In this document: one piece after another, positions 1 to 13,025 of the stretch
How positions within the stretch are numbered: position 1 is the stretch's first letter
Layout: each line of letters opens with the position of its first letter
NCBI RefSeq assembly: GCF_006345805.1
Contig: NC_043000.1
Location: forward strand, 46,314,001-46,378,000
DNA: 64,000 bases
Direction of reading: 5' to 3'
Source of the DNA: Octopus sinensis
Lineage: Eukaryota
Position numbers and translations under genes: made by a program
The notes under the pieces: model-generated
Database searches by the model: none
The model's input: the letters and a program-made list of their open reading frames with translations, nothing else
What the model was told of the DNA's origin: nothing

Positions 1-184
1 TAAATTATTTCGAAACAGCTACTGAAACTGTTTTAAGAAAACAAGATTAAGTACATGTCAGTTCTGAAAAAGGTGTGACTTTTAATCTTTTAAGGTGTTT
101 TTGTCTAATTTCTTTTACTATGCGAGAATGATTCATTTGAATATAATTGCAAGCAGCTTTTAAATTGTCTATTAAGATAAGTGC

Positions 185-248
185 TTCTCTCTCACCTTCA
201 TTCCATCCTCTTGTCTCACTCTCCTCTCTCTCTCTCTCTCCTCTCTTT

Positions 249-281
<33 letters not shown>

Positions 282-391
282 GTCTGTCTTTCTCTTTAAA
301 TAAGTACACAGATACACATATACACGCAATAATATATTGTGGGAAGTGAGTATACATGCATGTGTGTGAGTGTATGCATGTGTGTGTGTTG

Positions 392-432
<41 letters not shown>

Positions 433-640
433 GTGTGCGTGTGTGTATGTACGTATATGCATATACATATATAAATATACAAATGTATATGCATATATGT
501 ATGGCTGTTTATATGTGTGTGTTTGTATATATATATATATGTATATATATATGTGTGTGTGTATGTATATATATATATATATACACACACATATACATTT
601 TTATGTACATACACTCACAAACATATAATTACATATGCAT
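185..640. repeat. Compound (CT)n/(TA)n/(TG)n microsatellite tract
   Basis: Dinucleotide runs are directly visible. They produce the YIYI/CVCV pseudo-ORFs. Confidence 0.95.
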
Positions 641-913
641 GTGGGCGGGTATATGCATCTGTACAGAAAAACTGTAAGATAATTTGTGCCTATTTGATTG
701 CCTTTTGTGTATAAAGGACTTCTATTTTTTTTGTTTCAGTTCTTAATCTTAATGGTTTTTACACATGATAGAAGCTTACCGATTGCCAGAAAGAAAAATA
801 AATGACCTTTTCATTACATTTTGACAGCCTTGTATAAGTACAGAGAGTTACTAGAAACACCAGTGGAACACTTGAAATACATACTATTGCAAAAAGTAAG
901 AAAAACATATAAT

Positions 914-1275
914 GACAAGAGCACTCAGAGAGTGCAAACATCCATGAAAGCAACTTCAACGTCCTCTCAACGATTAGCTGGAGAATATCTGAAATAACTT
1001 TAAGTGGTCTCACAAACAAGAATACTAAAAATGAACCCGACCGCTCTCAAAGATTAAGTAAAAAAAAAAAATCAGAAAAATAATGCAGAATCCTTGTCTG
1101 GTACCAGATTGATCCCAAAATCTAATCAGTTTTTGCCAGTCATGAGGCCAAACATCTCTGAAAGTTTTGTCTGAATCTATCCAACAGTTCTTGAGATATC
1201 TTATCCATGGTCAAGCAAAAAACAAACAAACACGACTGAAAACAATACCTGTGCCTTCGCTAAGGCAAAGATAAT
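914..1275 (+). mobile_element. Non-autonomous Helentron/HINE-like element
   Basis: 5' hairpin gcactc-aga-gagtgc (921-935). 3' end ...caaacaaacacgactgaaaacaatacc followed by hairpin tgcctt-cgct-aaggca (1252-1267). The architecture resembles HINE/DINE-1 elements (inference). Confidence 0.55.
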
Positions 1276-1560
1276 AGCATACTGGATGTGAACACGCAGT
1301 TTCTTAACCATATAATACTTATTGTTAAACTTTCAAAACTACATTCTTAAGGATAGAAATGACCAAATTGAATACTTCAATTATCCATATGGGTTTTGTA
1401 TAATTAAACTATGTTACTGCATACAAGTAATGATAACTGGTAGTTGTTGCAGAATTACTGACATCTATGTGTGTGTGTGTGTGGTGTGTGTGTATGTGTG
1501 TGTGAGTATGTGTGTGTTTATATAAATATAAACACACATACACATATGTATTACATATAT

Positions 1561-1710
1561 ATCATCATTATCATCATCATCGTTTAACGTCTGCTTTCCA
1601 TGCTAGCATGGGTTGGACGATTTGACTGAGGACTTGCAAACCAGATGGCTGCACCAGGCTCCAATCTGATCTGGCAGAGTTTCTAGAGCTGGATGCTCTT
1701 CCTAACGTCA
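1561..1710 (-). mobile_element. RTE-family 3' end fragment with (GAT)n tail
   Basis: catcatcgtttaacgtctgctttccatgctagcatgggttggacg... is shared with 1730, 6408, 24370 and 32703, and is the reverse complement of the end of 2615-3087. Confidence 0.8.
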
Positions 1711-1728
1711 GGATGCCCCTATATATAT

Positions 1729-1729
<1 letters not shown>

Positions 1730-1760
<31 letters not shown>

Positions 1761-2097
1761 TTAGCGTCCGTTTTCCATGCTAGCATGGGTTGGACGGTTC
1801 AACTGGGGTCTGTGAAGCTGGAAGGCTTCATCAGGCCCAGTCAGATCTGGCAGTGTTTCTACGGCTGGATGCCCTTCCTAATGCCAACCACTCCGTGAGT
1901 GTAGTGTGTGCTTTTTACGTGCCACCCGCACAGGTGCTAGACAGAGCTGGCAAATGGCCACGAACGAATGGTGCTTTTACGTGTCACCGGCACGGGGGCC
2001 AGGCGAGGCTGGCAACGGACACAAATGGATGGTGCTTTTACGTGCCACCGACACGGGGGCCGGACAGAGCTGGCAAACGGCCACGAATGGATGGTTT
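1730..2097 (-). mobile_element. RTE-family 3' UTR with three ~61-bp internal tandem units
   Basis: Same tail as 1561. Units start at 1908, 1971 and 2032 (gtgcttttacgtgccacc...). Confidence 0.8.
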
Positions 2098-2614
2098 ATT
2101 TATCAGCCATGTGTCTGCAATCATGAAGGAGCAACACCATGATTTTTAACTTTTACATATCGTTTTTCGTTGGCTGATTTCTTCAGGGTGGTGGGATTTC
2201 ATATCACCACTTTTGAAAGTGATTTTTTCCTGTGGTTGTTAACCTCATCTATATCTCATGCTGAGCCATTGGTTGATCGAGAATTAATGAGTGAACATTT
2301 AAACTTATATTACTGTCAATCTCTGTGAAACTCATTGAAATTTCAGTCAACAATTGAACATTTGAGCCTTTAAACATGTTTTTTTCTGAATTTCACCTTG
2401 TAACTTTAAACTCTCCTAGAGCCTTTATTTATTTATTTTTGCCATTGATAAGCATAAACATGGTGAAACAGGTTTGGTATTTGAATAAATTTATAACAAA
2501 ATTTAGAAATAATTACACTTTTTAAAATTCAGGTGCATTTTCAAGCCCCAACTAAATTTTTCCTATATTTTTCCTGCATGAGAATACACTTCTCCTCTTC
2601 ATATATATATATAT

Positions 2615-3087
2615 GAGCATGGACAGCTGTGTAAAGTGCCTATCTTTAATCATGGAGGGAACCTGCGGTAGTGGTAGACCCAGGAAGACATGCAACGAGA
2701 TGGTGAAGTATGGCAAGTGGTTGCATTCCTTTTGAGTGTTGGACCTCACAGATGCAAGTTGGCTGAGTTCCGTTCGAGTTTTGGACCTTACGGAAGCAAT
2801 GACCAAGACATTTGGCACTATGTCTTGCTTGAAAAGAAGGCCCATCAAGCCAAGCAAAATTGCAGTCATGGCAGATACTGGTGTCATGCAAATGGCACAC
2901 GTGCAGGTGTCATGTTAGAATAACCATTACACTCTCAGAGTGGTTGGTGTTAGGAAGGGCATCCATCTGTAGAAAACCATGCCAAATCAGACTGGAGCCA
3001 AGTGCAGCCTTCCAGCGTGCTGGCCCAGTCAAACTGTCCAACCCATGCTATCATGGACAACGAACGTTAAATGATGATGATGATGAT
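2615..3087 (+). mobile_element. 5'-truncated RTE LINE (ORF C-terminus plus 3' UTR)
   Basis: Translates to GTCGSGRPRKTCNEMVK (RTE C-terminal GRPRKTW motif). Ends ...cccatgctatcatggacaacgaacgttaaatgatgatgatg. Confidence 0.8.
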
Positions 3088-3109
3088 ATATATATTAATG
3101 GATATTAGT

Positions 3110-3722
3110 CAGAGGTCTGTTACACCTCAACATCAAAACAAAAATTCTTTCCTTGAGAGACCTCATGACATGAAATCAATCTCCATGAACAGCACTCATG
3201 GAAATGCATCCTAGACGTGATATAGTAGATGCAGAAGTACACATATTGAATTATGCAGTATTATGAACAGACACAAGAGGAATGCCCAATAGAGGTTCAG
3301 TATGCAATGATGAGGACCTCACATGCCAGGTCCTGTTGTCATATTCAAATTCAGTGTATGACACTCAAATTGTATACATAAGACAATTCAAGATTGTTAT
3401 ATGTACTCTGTATACACCCACCAGATATTCCAAATTGTTCAGGTAAGTTTGAAGACTGCCCAGCATAAATGGTGGTTCTAAGCGAACTAAAACACATAAG
3501 TGGGTAACTTCAACTTACTCAGTATGAGATTACCCGAGAGCCTCATACTCTTAGGAATGGCACACTGCCATCAAGTACAGATGGAGTCCCTACTTAACAT
3601 TATTCGTGGAGGAAATTGTGCTTCTATCAACCACAACATATAATATACTGGATATTTGCTTTGCATAGATATCATCCCTGAATATAACAATGACACTTGT
3701 CTGTGATCACAATATAACAGCT
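3110..3722 (+). pseudogene. Decayed APE endonuclease of a CR1/L2-like LINE
   Basis: Piecewise translation gives DIVDAEVHILNYAVL, EDLTCQVLLSYSNSVYDTQIVYIRQFKIVICTLY, VGNFNL, NILDICF and DHNI. These are APE motifs (YRPP, GDFN, LD, SDH) broken by stops and frameshifts. Confidence 0.7.
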
Positions 3723-3794
3723 GACTACATTGCGTAACAATTTTTTTGTTTTTGTTTTTGTTTTTGTTTTTTGCGCAATAAGTCTTATACCCTA

Positions 3795-4075
3795 TTTGCT
3801 TCTACCTAGAAATCAAAGGGAATGACTACTATTCCCTTCAAACTTTGCTTTGTGACCTGGACATCAATATTTTGAAACTGACCTATTGTCCATTACATTT
3901 CAGACAGATTCAGCACTAGATTGCTGAAGCAAAATTATCGATATAGCAAATATTCTGTTCAACACCACAGATTTGTTTGTGAGTTGCTTGACCTTCAGTA
4001 CTTGAGTTGACAATATGTGCATCTTTGATCACAAGCAGGAGTAGTAGGAGAACATCATAGCCATGTTTTAAGAAA
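3795..4075. repeat. Probable interspersed repeat of unknown class
   Basis: Higher-complexity block that I recall as resembling a common octopus repeat. It is single-copy in this window, so this is not verified. Confidence 0.3.
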
Positions 4076-5479
4076 AATTGGTGGCCAAATAATTTAATAC
4101 ATTGAATGCTAATAAATGGAAAGCAAGCTTTGTTAGCAGGTTGAAAATGCTTTCCTAAGTTGATTCATATTTGAAGTATAATTCATAACATCTCCATTGA
4201 AGTTTTGTTTATGGGAGAACTCCAGTCTTATAAATTTGATATGTCATGTCAAAGAAAAATAAATATAACAAAATAATGTCAAGTAAAGACATATTTTTCT
4301 AACAATTGACTCAGTAGCCTTTTGCATCACTATTGTTTTAATGTATACTGATTAGAAGTGTCTGTAACTTTCAGACAATGTGTGGGCAGGTGGAAACACT
4401 GCTGTTGGTATTTATATTTAATATTTCTAAATCTCAGAGGATTAATTTCCATTTAATATGATGCTATGCGCAATGTAGCATGCATTGTTTTGATATTTGC
4501 ATACTGCTGAAAATGATAACCCATGAAACAAAATAAATAAATAAGTAAACTATCAAGCAAAAAGTAAAAAAAAAAGAACAGAGGTTACTGAGGCATTTAC
4601 AATTTTTCATTACTATTGAGATTATCATGCTAGGTGAGAAAAAGAAACACAATTGCAGATATAATGGATTGTTTCACCCCATATGCTTATATAAGAGAAA
4701 ATTAATAAACTGATATGAAATATACTCATATGAAAAGGCATACAGTGAATTGAATGAAATTGTTTTTGACATATCAGTTCCCTTGCTAATTTGCCTGAGT
4801 GGAAGTGATCCCATATCGTTGCTTAATTAGGCAAGAACAATGTCATTCTCTAAAATAATGTTATATTCTCTTGAAGCAGATACAGACATATTTTGACATT
4901 AGTATGAGCAATGGTCTGTGACAAGCAGCTATGGCAAAACTGCTACTGATACAAAGATAAGTATCCATATGTGTGGGCATGTGCATGCATGTATGTGAGT
5001 GTGTCTGGGTGATTTGATAACTATTCCAGATTACGTATATGATGTGACTTCTGGGAAGTAAAAACAAATGTTTCTTTCATCCAAATGGCATTCGAACAAT
5101 GAGCATCTCATTTTCCTTTTTCTTCTCAAGTATAATGTATCCAGGACAGCATTATCCTCATTGAGAAGAAAGATATAGAAGCTGAAAGCTACCTCAGCTA
5201 TAAGTAGGCTCAAACATATATTAAGTGATGCATCTGTTAGAAAAGCAGAGATAGAAATCTATAACAAGACAACCTGGAATTATTGTGAACCACAGATCAC
5301 ACCTGTAGGTTCCAGAAACAGAGGGGAGATAACATGGTGGAATGGTATGGTAGACAGAGTGATGAAAGCTAAAAGATTTGCCTAGAAAGACTGAAAAAAT
5401 TGGAGCAAAAGGCAATAGCAGAATGCTAGAAAGGAAGATAGATGTCAGGAGTACTTAACAAGGGAAAAACCTGAAAGTA

Positions 5480-5713
5480 AGATGTGAGTTAAAGTCATGC
5501 TGACTCATAAGGGCTGGTTTCCTGATTTCATGGCATATAAATTCCCCAGCTGAACAGAACGCCAGTCCATCACAAGATTATTTATTTTTTCTAGCAGAGT
5601 GGACTGGAGTACTGTGAAGTGAAGTGTTTTGCTCAGGAACACAACGTTATTGCTCAGTCCAGAAATTGAAACCACAGCCTTATGACCCTAACCACTAAAC
5701 CATGCACCTCCAC
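5480..5713 (-). mobile_element. tRNA-derived SINE, family D
   Basis: Minus strand reads gtggaggtgcatggtttagtggttag (box A), ggtttcaattt (box B), then gagcaaaacacttca. Homologous to 7893, 40176 and 44797. Confidence 0.8.
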
Positions 5714-5739
5714 AAAATAAGATGCTGGTCAGTATTCTA

Positions 5740-6266
5740 TGATGTGAGAATCATAAAGCATTTAAAACTGCAAAGCATCATCTCATTATGAATCTGGACA
5801 TCATTGGTGGAAAGCATGCACAGAACTGTTGATACTGAGAAGAAAGATACATGGAAATGATATGATATTACATGACATTGTAAAATGAGAAGAATGCATG
5901 AGAGGGAGGGAGAAGAACTACCCAAGCAAACAGAAAAGCGGGAGCAGCTATTGAAATTGAAAATGCCATTAGGGAGGTGAAAACAAGGAAATTTGGGTGA
6001 ACAGGAATAGTTGCTGAAGAGCTGAAAATATCAGACGAAGTAAGATATACAATAATTATTCGTATACTCAGTCCAATAATTTGTAAATTTGCAAAGATGT
6101 GATCGTCAATTACTTGCATAACAGTGTCATTGTCAGCCACTGAAAGAGAAAAGGAGATATTCTAAAAGAAGTAACTACTGAGGCATAAAACTGATTAACA
6201 AAGATATGAAATTTACAGAATGAGTTATAGCGTTACTATTTAGGAAGAAAATTAGCTTAGATGACA
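5740..6266 (+). pseudogene. Decayed RTE reverse transcriptase N-terminal region
   Basis: Translates to AIREVKTRK, GIVAEELKIS, KGD, SNY*GIKLINKDMKFTE*VIALLFRKKISLD. This matches the RTE KGD..NYRGIKLL motif. Confidence 0.7.
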
Positions 6267-6268
6267 AA

Positions 6269-6864
6269 CATGAGGGAATGCTGAAATGTTCCTGGCTTTA
6301 AAGGTCTCATGAAAGCCTGGCTGAAGGCCAAAACTTCCAAGTTCTTTTACAAGGTTTAGAACAACTGAAAAACTACTGCAATAAATGTGTAAATTTTAGA
6401 GGGGAATATCATCTTCATCATCGTCTTTTAATGTCCACTTTCCATGCTAGCATGGGTTGGACGTATGACTGAGGGCTGGGAAACCAGATGGCTGCAACAG
6501 GCTTCAATCTTGATCTGGCAGAGTTTCTACAGCTGGATGCCCTTCCTAACACCAACCACTCTGAGAGTGTAGTGGATGCTTTTACGTGCCACTGGCACGG
6601 GGCCAGTCAGGTGGCACTGGCAACGACCTCGCTCGAATCTTTTACACATGTCACCGACACGGGTGCCAGTAGGCGATGCTGGTAATGATCCTGCTCAAAT
6701 GGTGTTTTTTATGTGCCACTGGCACAGAGGCCAGATAGCCGCTCTGGCAACGATCACGTTTGGATGGTGCTCTTAAAATACTTTGAATAAAATCATAATT
6801 AACTGATCCTCCTGTATTTTCTTTTACCCAAAGTCAGGAACTTTTCACACACCGCCCCCTCGTA
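6269..6864 (+). mobile_element. Mariner-derived MITE interrupted by an RTE 3' fragment
   Basis: TIRs tgagggaatgctgaaatgttcctggcttt and aaagtcaggaacttttcacacaccgccccctcgta. The interior encodes a transposase C-terminus GLEQLKNYCNKCVNFRGEY..E*. Confidence 0.75.
6408..6775 (-). mobile_element. RTE-family 3' UTR with ~62-bp tandem units, nested in the mariner MITE
   Basis: Same tail and units as 1730-2097. Confidence 0.8.
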
Positions 6865-7892
6865 GTTTGGGTTTCTACCAAGATAGGGTATCAATACACT
6901 TTGAGTGAGATATCCAAAAGAGAAGTTCTTAGCCAAAAGCAAGCTATATTAACATTTGTTCTCTTGTCCAATGAACTATCTGTTAATTGAATCAGCATAT
7001 GGTGGAGGAACATTATGCAGATATATGTTCTCTTAATGTAATTCTCATGTAGCTTCAATGTACTGCAATATAAAGTGTACAAACTTTTAAATAACAGGTA
7101 TAATCCATTTAAAGCACTTTCACATTCTTACCATCAATGTAGTTTCGTCCACAAGAAATAGGTAATACAAGGCTTGTAATGGAAATGAACATGTAGCCTT
7201 GAGATCATGAAGGGAAATTCTCAACCAACTAGCCATGTAAAGATGAGATTAAAGGTAAAAATTATCGAATTCTGTCTCTCCATATTTTTGGAAATTTTAT
7301 GCTATCCTGACCATTTACATGTTAATTTTCACAACATACTAGATGTTACTGAACCTTCAATTCAGATCATGCTTCTACTCAATAATGAGCAACAAGCATA
7401 CTAACAGAATTCAGATCATGAACATGTCACTTGCTAGTGACAGCATTACCAATTACATTTCAAGGTGTTCGTAATGGCCTGTAATTAGGTACTGTTATTT
7501 TTTCTACCTCAATTGATTTGTTATTCATTTTACAGTTAATTAATTCATATAAGGATACTACTTCACTATATCCTCTACTGCTTAAAATGTAAAAGGATCT
7601 TCATTGGTTTTGATGATGAGTATTAGGTTTTCCAATCATCTGAAAGAACTGCTCATTGAACAAGCATCTGAGTGCCTGAAATTTTTACAGGTATTTGTAA
7701 CCTTTAGATAACTCAATATAACACTTTGGATAACATGACTCTGCATATTTGAATTATGGATACAATACCTCTGGATTTCAGTCATAATCAATCAACTACA
7801 CAGTTTCTGTCAACCCTTTTTTCACTCACAAGCTTTGGGTTGATTCAAGGCTATTATATGATAAATTTGCATAAGCCATGTGATAAAAAAAA

Positions 7893-8145
7893 AAGTAAAG
7901 CTACCTTCTCGAGTCATACCGACTCATAAGGGCCAATTTCCCAGTTTCGTTGGGTATATATTCCCCATCTGGATGGGACACCAGTCTGTCACAAGATTAC
8001 TAAATTTTGCAAGCTGAGTGGAGTGGAGCAATGTGAAACGAAGTGTTTTGCTCAAGAACACAATGTATCACTCAGTCCAGGGATCAAAACCTCAATCTTA
8101 CAATCAAAAGTACAACACCCTAACAACTAAGCCACGAACCTCTAC
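7893..8145 (-). mobile_element. tRNA-derived SINE, family D
   Basis: Homologous to 5480-5713. Confidence 0.8.
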
Positions 8146-10112
8146 AGGCATGCAGTAAGATCAAACCTAGAACTTTGTGACTGTAAAGCCAGCTTTGTAA
8201 GCAATTTAACATGCAGAGTTTATTCTTTATACAACATACATAACGATGTAATCTGAACACATTATATGCAGTTCAATATTGTCTTCCACTCTTCTCGTCC
8301 TTACTATTCATACCACTACTTTGTAGCCCTACCTCACAACCTTATTGTACTGTTGTGGATTTTGTTTGTTTTAATTTTTATAGCAATGCTTTGGAAATAT
8401 CATGTCATACAAACTACAATATATAGTTTTAATAGAGCCATTACAGATCTGAAATCTTTCTTATACTAACCATTTATTTAACATTTCTTAAACAAATAGA
8501 GACAATACAATCAATATAGTCTAAATTTTAATGTATACACATTTTATCTAAATGTCAACTAACTTCAATAACAGTTGGCTTATTTTATGATCTTGAGGAA
8601 AATATCAATAGATTATGATTTATTCTCATATAGGCGGTTTTTATATATGTTTTTATGTTTGCTAATTTATACTAAAAATGAATGTTCTAATAATCAAATC
8701 TTTCATAAAAGACAGCTCAAATCAAATATTCAAATATATAAACCAATATAACTCTTTAGAGTGTTATGGATAGATAGTTGGGATCACTAAGTGTGCTATT
8801 GTGCTGTATACTAATATTTTGACTTCACTTGTAACACATTTCTAACAATAATGACTGCCAGTGGCAAGGCATGGCTTTTGGCTATTCCTTTCCTTAAATG
8901 TAGTGTTGGTTGAAATTAACAGCAGCCAACACATTTTTATTAAGTGGTTATCTTATGAGGTCTGTACATACTCCACACACTCCACATATGCTGCTGACAA
9001 GTGCCAATTCTACTCAGCCTCCCTGTGATTGTATTTAAATATCATAAAGTAAAATCAAATTGGTTTTCTTATAGAGTACAAAGAAATAAAATTTGTTGCT
9101 TAACCCTGTGACTAACCCTCCTTTTCAGTCAGGTTATCTCAGCCTACATTATCATAGCTTAAATAAACATCAGATCAGTTGACCCATTCAGAAACTTTAG
9201 GAACTACTAGAAGTTTTGCAAGTTCTTCTATACTCATTGCAATGTCAGAAACACTTCCATATTGTCAGTTGGTTTTTCAGGATCACAAATGTTTTACCAA
9301 GACGACTGTGAGATTTGAGAAATGTTTGGTAACTAGTTCTAGCAAGTCGAATAACTGCATCTAGGTTTCTTCATTTGTTCATGAATTAGCAATTACAAAT
9401 TACTGATGGAATGTGTTTGTCATACCAATCAACAATCAATGAATAGTAAACATAATTAAAGATAACCTGAAGAAAAACATTCATTTTTTAAAAATAATCC
9501 TAAATATTTTCCAGAAAACATTTGGAAAATGTTACAAATATTTTTTTTATTCTTTGTTTTTCAATTCAATTATTTTGAGTAAAAACAATTCTGTACTGTT
9601 CCATACTATTCATATTATGCAGACGTGATTATGAAAATGCTATACTACATTCAGGAAAACTCTGGAAAAATAAACAGCTATAGAAGTGATAAATTCTTTC
9701 TTGCAATGAACTGATAATGGCATTTGGTGGGAACAGTAAACCTGAGAAGAAACATAAAGCCCCCATAGCTATTGTACAAAAATCTTAGAGTCTGTAATGA
9801 ATTACAGAAAAGACAAAATTTCCTCTTTACTAAGGCAATTTATCATTTATGAACATCACTTCCCATCAGCAATAATTGCTTAATATTCCAAACTTTTCAG
9901 TTCTCTACCAAAACTAATGAACTCAAAAGTCTATTACGACAGATAATCCAACGTGAGGGAAAGAGTCTCTCAGTAAAATGTTACAGTATATTATAAGTTA
10001 TCTGTTTGCAGTGCTGCAGACAAAATATTAAATACCACAGAATGATTTTTTCAGCTGTTGCTTCATTTGAAAAATCTCACACAATAATACTGAAAGCTAG
10101 AATATCTCTCAC

Positions 10113-10136
10113 CTTTACAGATCATCTTTTTTTTTT
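10113..10136 (-). CDS. Candidate 24-nt micro-exon (KKKDDL* in phase 2)
   Basis: ttcttccttttccttactgcacattag|AAAAAAAAAAGATGATCTGTAAAG|gtgaga. Confidence 0.3.
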
Positions 10137-10331
10137 CTAATGTGCAGTAAGGAAAAGGAAGAATTTTTTTCATTTTCCTTTACTCTTTTTCTTTTTTTTT
10201 TTGGTAATTCAAATAATCAATAGAATATTTCTGATTTCAGGAGATGTAAAAGAATTATTGATTAACTTTTTATCTAAAATATATTTAATTTGCTTACAAG
10301 ACAGATCTTGTCAAGTATCAAGTATACATAC

Positions 10332-10382
10332 TGAACATTTGCATTATCATTTTCTGTCCTCCCACTGATAGAATATTTCGAT
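10332..10382 (-). CDS. Candidate 51-nt exon (SKYSISGRTENDNANVQ in phase 2)
   Basis: Strong acceptor ctctattttcttttattataacactatcattcag and donor gtatgt. No protein family recognised. Confidence 0.45.
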
Positions 10383-10962
10383 CTGAATGATAGTGTTATA
10401 ATAAAAGAAAATAGAGTGAACTTGGTTTTCATTAAAAAAAAAAGTCTATATTTTTCCATTTAGAATGTATGCTTCCAGCTATTCTTCCCATTTATTCATT
10501 TATACCATATACATTGAGAAAAGAAGTCAAAGATTGAGAACTGAAGCTTACAACCAACAGGGTGCTATGTTCAAGTGAATTCATTTGGAATATTAAAATT
10601 TGGCAACAAATCTAGTTTTATTAGCCATTAAAACTTTAGCAATGTTGCAATGAAATATTGAATATTTTTCTTTCCTTTTCTTAACAGATCACAAAGAAAA
10701 TCTACTGCAACAGGAATTGCTTGAAAGTGGTTAAAGATTTACAGAATATCAAATTTAAATCAACTGATTTCCTGAAGCAAAATAGTCTGGCGTATTAAAA
10801 TTACACTGAGGTGTTGCAAATGGGTGGTTGAAGAGGATATATATAATGACATGTAAAGTCATGATTTCACTATAATTACTGGCAGAACCAACTGACAAAG
10901 TGCCTTGTAAATATTTAATGTTAGCGTAACAGCATGCCTTGTAACATATAGTTATATACAAA

Positions 10963-11182
10963 ATGGCAAGCTCAAAGAATCATTAACGCATTGGGCAAAA
11001 TGCTTCGTGGCATTTCATCCAGCTTTGCGTTTTGAGTTCAAATTCTGCTGAAGTTGACTTTGCCTTTCATCCTTGTGGAGTCAATCAATAAAATAAGTAC
11101 CATTCAAGCTCTGGGATTGGTGTAAAATTGATTTACCCCAACCCAAAACTGCTGGCCTTGTGCCAAAATTTGAAACCGATAT
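10963..11182 (+). mobile_element. tRNA-derived SINE, family B
   Basis: gagttcaaattctgctgaagttgactttgcctttcatcc... Homologous to the less diverged copy at 63696. Confidence 0.8.
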
Positions 11183-11564
11183 TTAGTTATATACATAACT
11201 TTACTGAGCTAAAATCCAATTAGGATTTGATTTTACCTTTTAATTTCCAGATTCAGTTTTATGAGCATTATAATAAACTAAGGAAATGTGCTCTATGCAC
11301 AAAATCTTTAGCTTCATGCATATTTTAGACCAGATTGGGTCACAACTGTTAGTATTTTGGCTGATAAATCAATATCTCAATAACTCAACCAGAAGTGATT
11401 TCTTTTTCTTAATCAATGCTTCATATCTCCTTTCATTGATAGGAAAATATTTAAGGCTAAATCAATAACAGTATTTCATAATAAAGTAGATGACATATCC
11501 TTTTTCTGCATGTTTAAAGAAAAAAATAATCTTCTAAAAAAGGCTAAAAGTATTTCTAAATAAC

Positions 11565-11712
11565 TATTATTATTATTATTATTCAGTAGTTTTATTTTTA
11601 TATCATGCTTTCACTTCACTACTGAGTGCAGCTCTGTGTGCCTTGGGTATGCGCAGTGGTTTGTTGTGATGCTCTTATGGTTACTATATTGAAAGTGTTT
11701 TGCATAGGATGT
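11565..11712 (-). mobile_element. R4/Dong-like LINE 3' end in a (TAA)n tract
   Basis: Minus strand encodes ILCKTLSI* (cf. R4/Dong terminal HILRKVL), then a short UTR ending in gaataataataat. Confidence 0.55.
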
Positions 11713-11772
11713 ATGAAAGGCAAATTATTATTATTATTATTACTATTATTATTATTATTATCATTATTATTA

Positions 11773-12570
11773 TGGCAGAATCATCTGAATATTAAAGTAT
11801 CATGCAAAATGCTTTACAGCATTTCTTCCGACCCTTTGCATTCTGGGTTCAAATTCAACTAAAGTCAGTTTTGCCCTTCATCCTTTTGGGGCCAATAAAG
11901 TACCAATAGTATAGAAAAAACCTCTCACCCTGAATTTCAGATCTTATGTCTATGTTTTATTAAGGCGGCAAATTGCTAGAATTGTTAGATAACCGAAAAA
12001 AGTCCATGTGATAGTTGTTCTAGCTTTGAATTCTAAGTCAAATTTGCCTTTCATACATCCACGATGGATATATAACTACCAGTCAAAAACCACAAGACTA
12101 GAATGAATATAATTGCCACTAGCACTCACATCAAATTTGTGACGTTGTTCCTATTTTGGAAACAATTATCACTATTGTTAAGGTGATGAAGGCAGCATAA
12201 GGGCAGAATCATTAGCATGCTGGCTGAAATGCTTAGTGGTATTTCGCCCGTAACTATGTTTTAATTTCAAATTCTGCTGAGGTTGACTTTATCTTTCATC
12301 TTTTCAGGGTTGATAAATTAAGTACCACTGAAACACTGGGATCAATGTAATTGATTAGTCCCCACCCCCAAAATTTCAGGCCTTGTGCCTATAGTAAAAA
12401 AGGATTATTGTTATGGTGGTGGAGTAGCAGAATTATTGGTGAGTCAGACGTTTGCTTCTAATTTTTACATTCTGGGTTCAAATACCATGATTGTTAGTTT
12501 TGCTTTTCATATTTCACAGTCAATAAGATAAAGTAATAGTCAACTATAGTATCAATGTAATTGATTGTTC
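11773..12570 (+). mobile_element. Head-to-tail cluster of about four diverged SINE family B copies
   Basis: Repeated ggcagaat..., ttcaaat..., tttgcctttcat..., aagtacca at about 11773, 11962, 12200 and 12415. Confidence 0.7.
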
Positions 12571-12643
12571 ACCTTTCCAGAAAACATGATTTTGTGCTGT
12601 ATGGTAGAAATTATTATCATCACGAGTAGCAGCAGCAGCAGCA

Positions 12644-13025
12644 TGGAGGCGCAATGGCCCAATGGTTACGGCAGCAAACTTGTGGTCGGAGGATCGCGGT
12701 TTCGATTCCCAGACCGGGCGTTGTGTGTGTTTATTGAGCGAAAACACCTAAAGCTCCATGAGGTTCTGGCAGCGGGTGGTGGCGACCCTGTTGTACTCTT
12801 TTGCCCCAACCTTCTCTCACTCTTTCTTCCTGCTTCTTGTGCCCAACTTCCTACGCAACCACTGAGCCTGGATGCGCATTCATCCATCCGTCGATGCTCT
12901 TGGTGTTGGGGGTTGACCTGCTTTCTTTTCTGCAGGTCTTACGAATAGCAAAAGACCACCTTTCGGACTTCTCTTGCGAGCTCTGGGACGAAGACCGTTT
13001 GCTCAACAGCAACAGCAGCAGCAAC
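12644..13025 (+). mobile_element. tRNA-derived SINE, family C (tail type 1) in (CAG)n
   Basis: ggaggcgcaatggcccaatggt (box A) and ggtttcgattccc (box B). The head is shared with 19750 and 40431. Flanked by agcagc repeats. Confidence 0.85.

Noticed and set aside
1908-2093. CRISPR-like repeat-spacer appearance
   Set aside because: The spacers are homologous to each other, the array is part of a retroelement UTR in eukaryotic DNA, and there are no cas genes.
12644-12720. tRNA genes at box A/B motifs
   Set aside because: They are SINE heads continuing into repeat bodies, and no full cloverleaf is evident.
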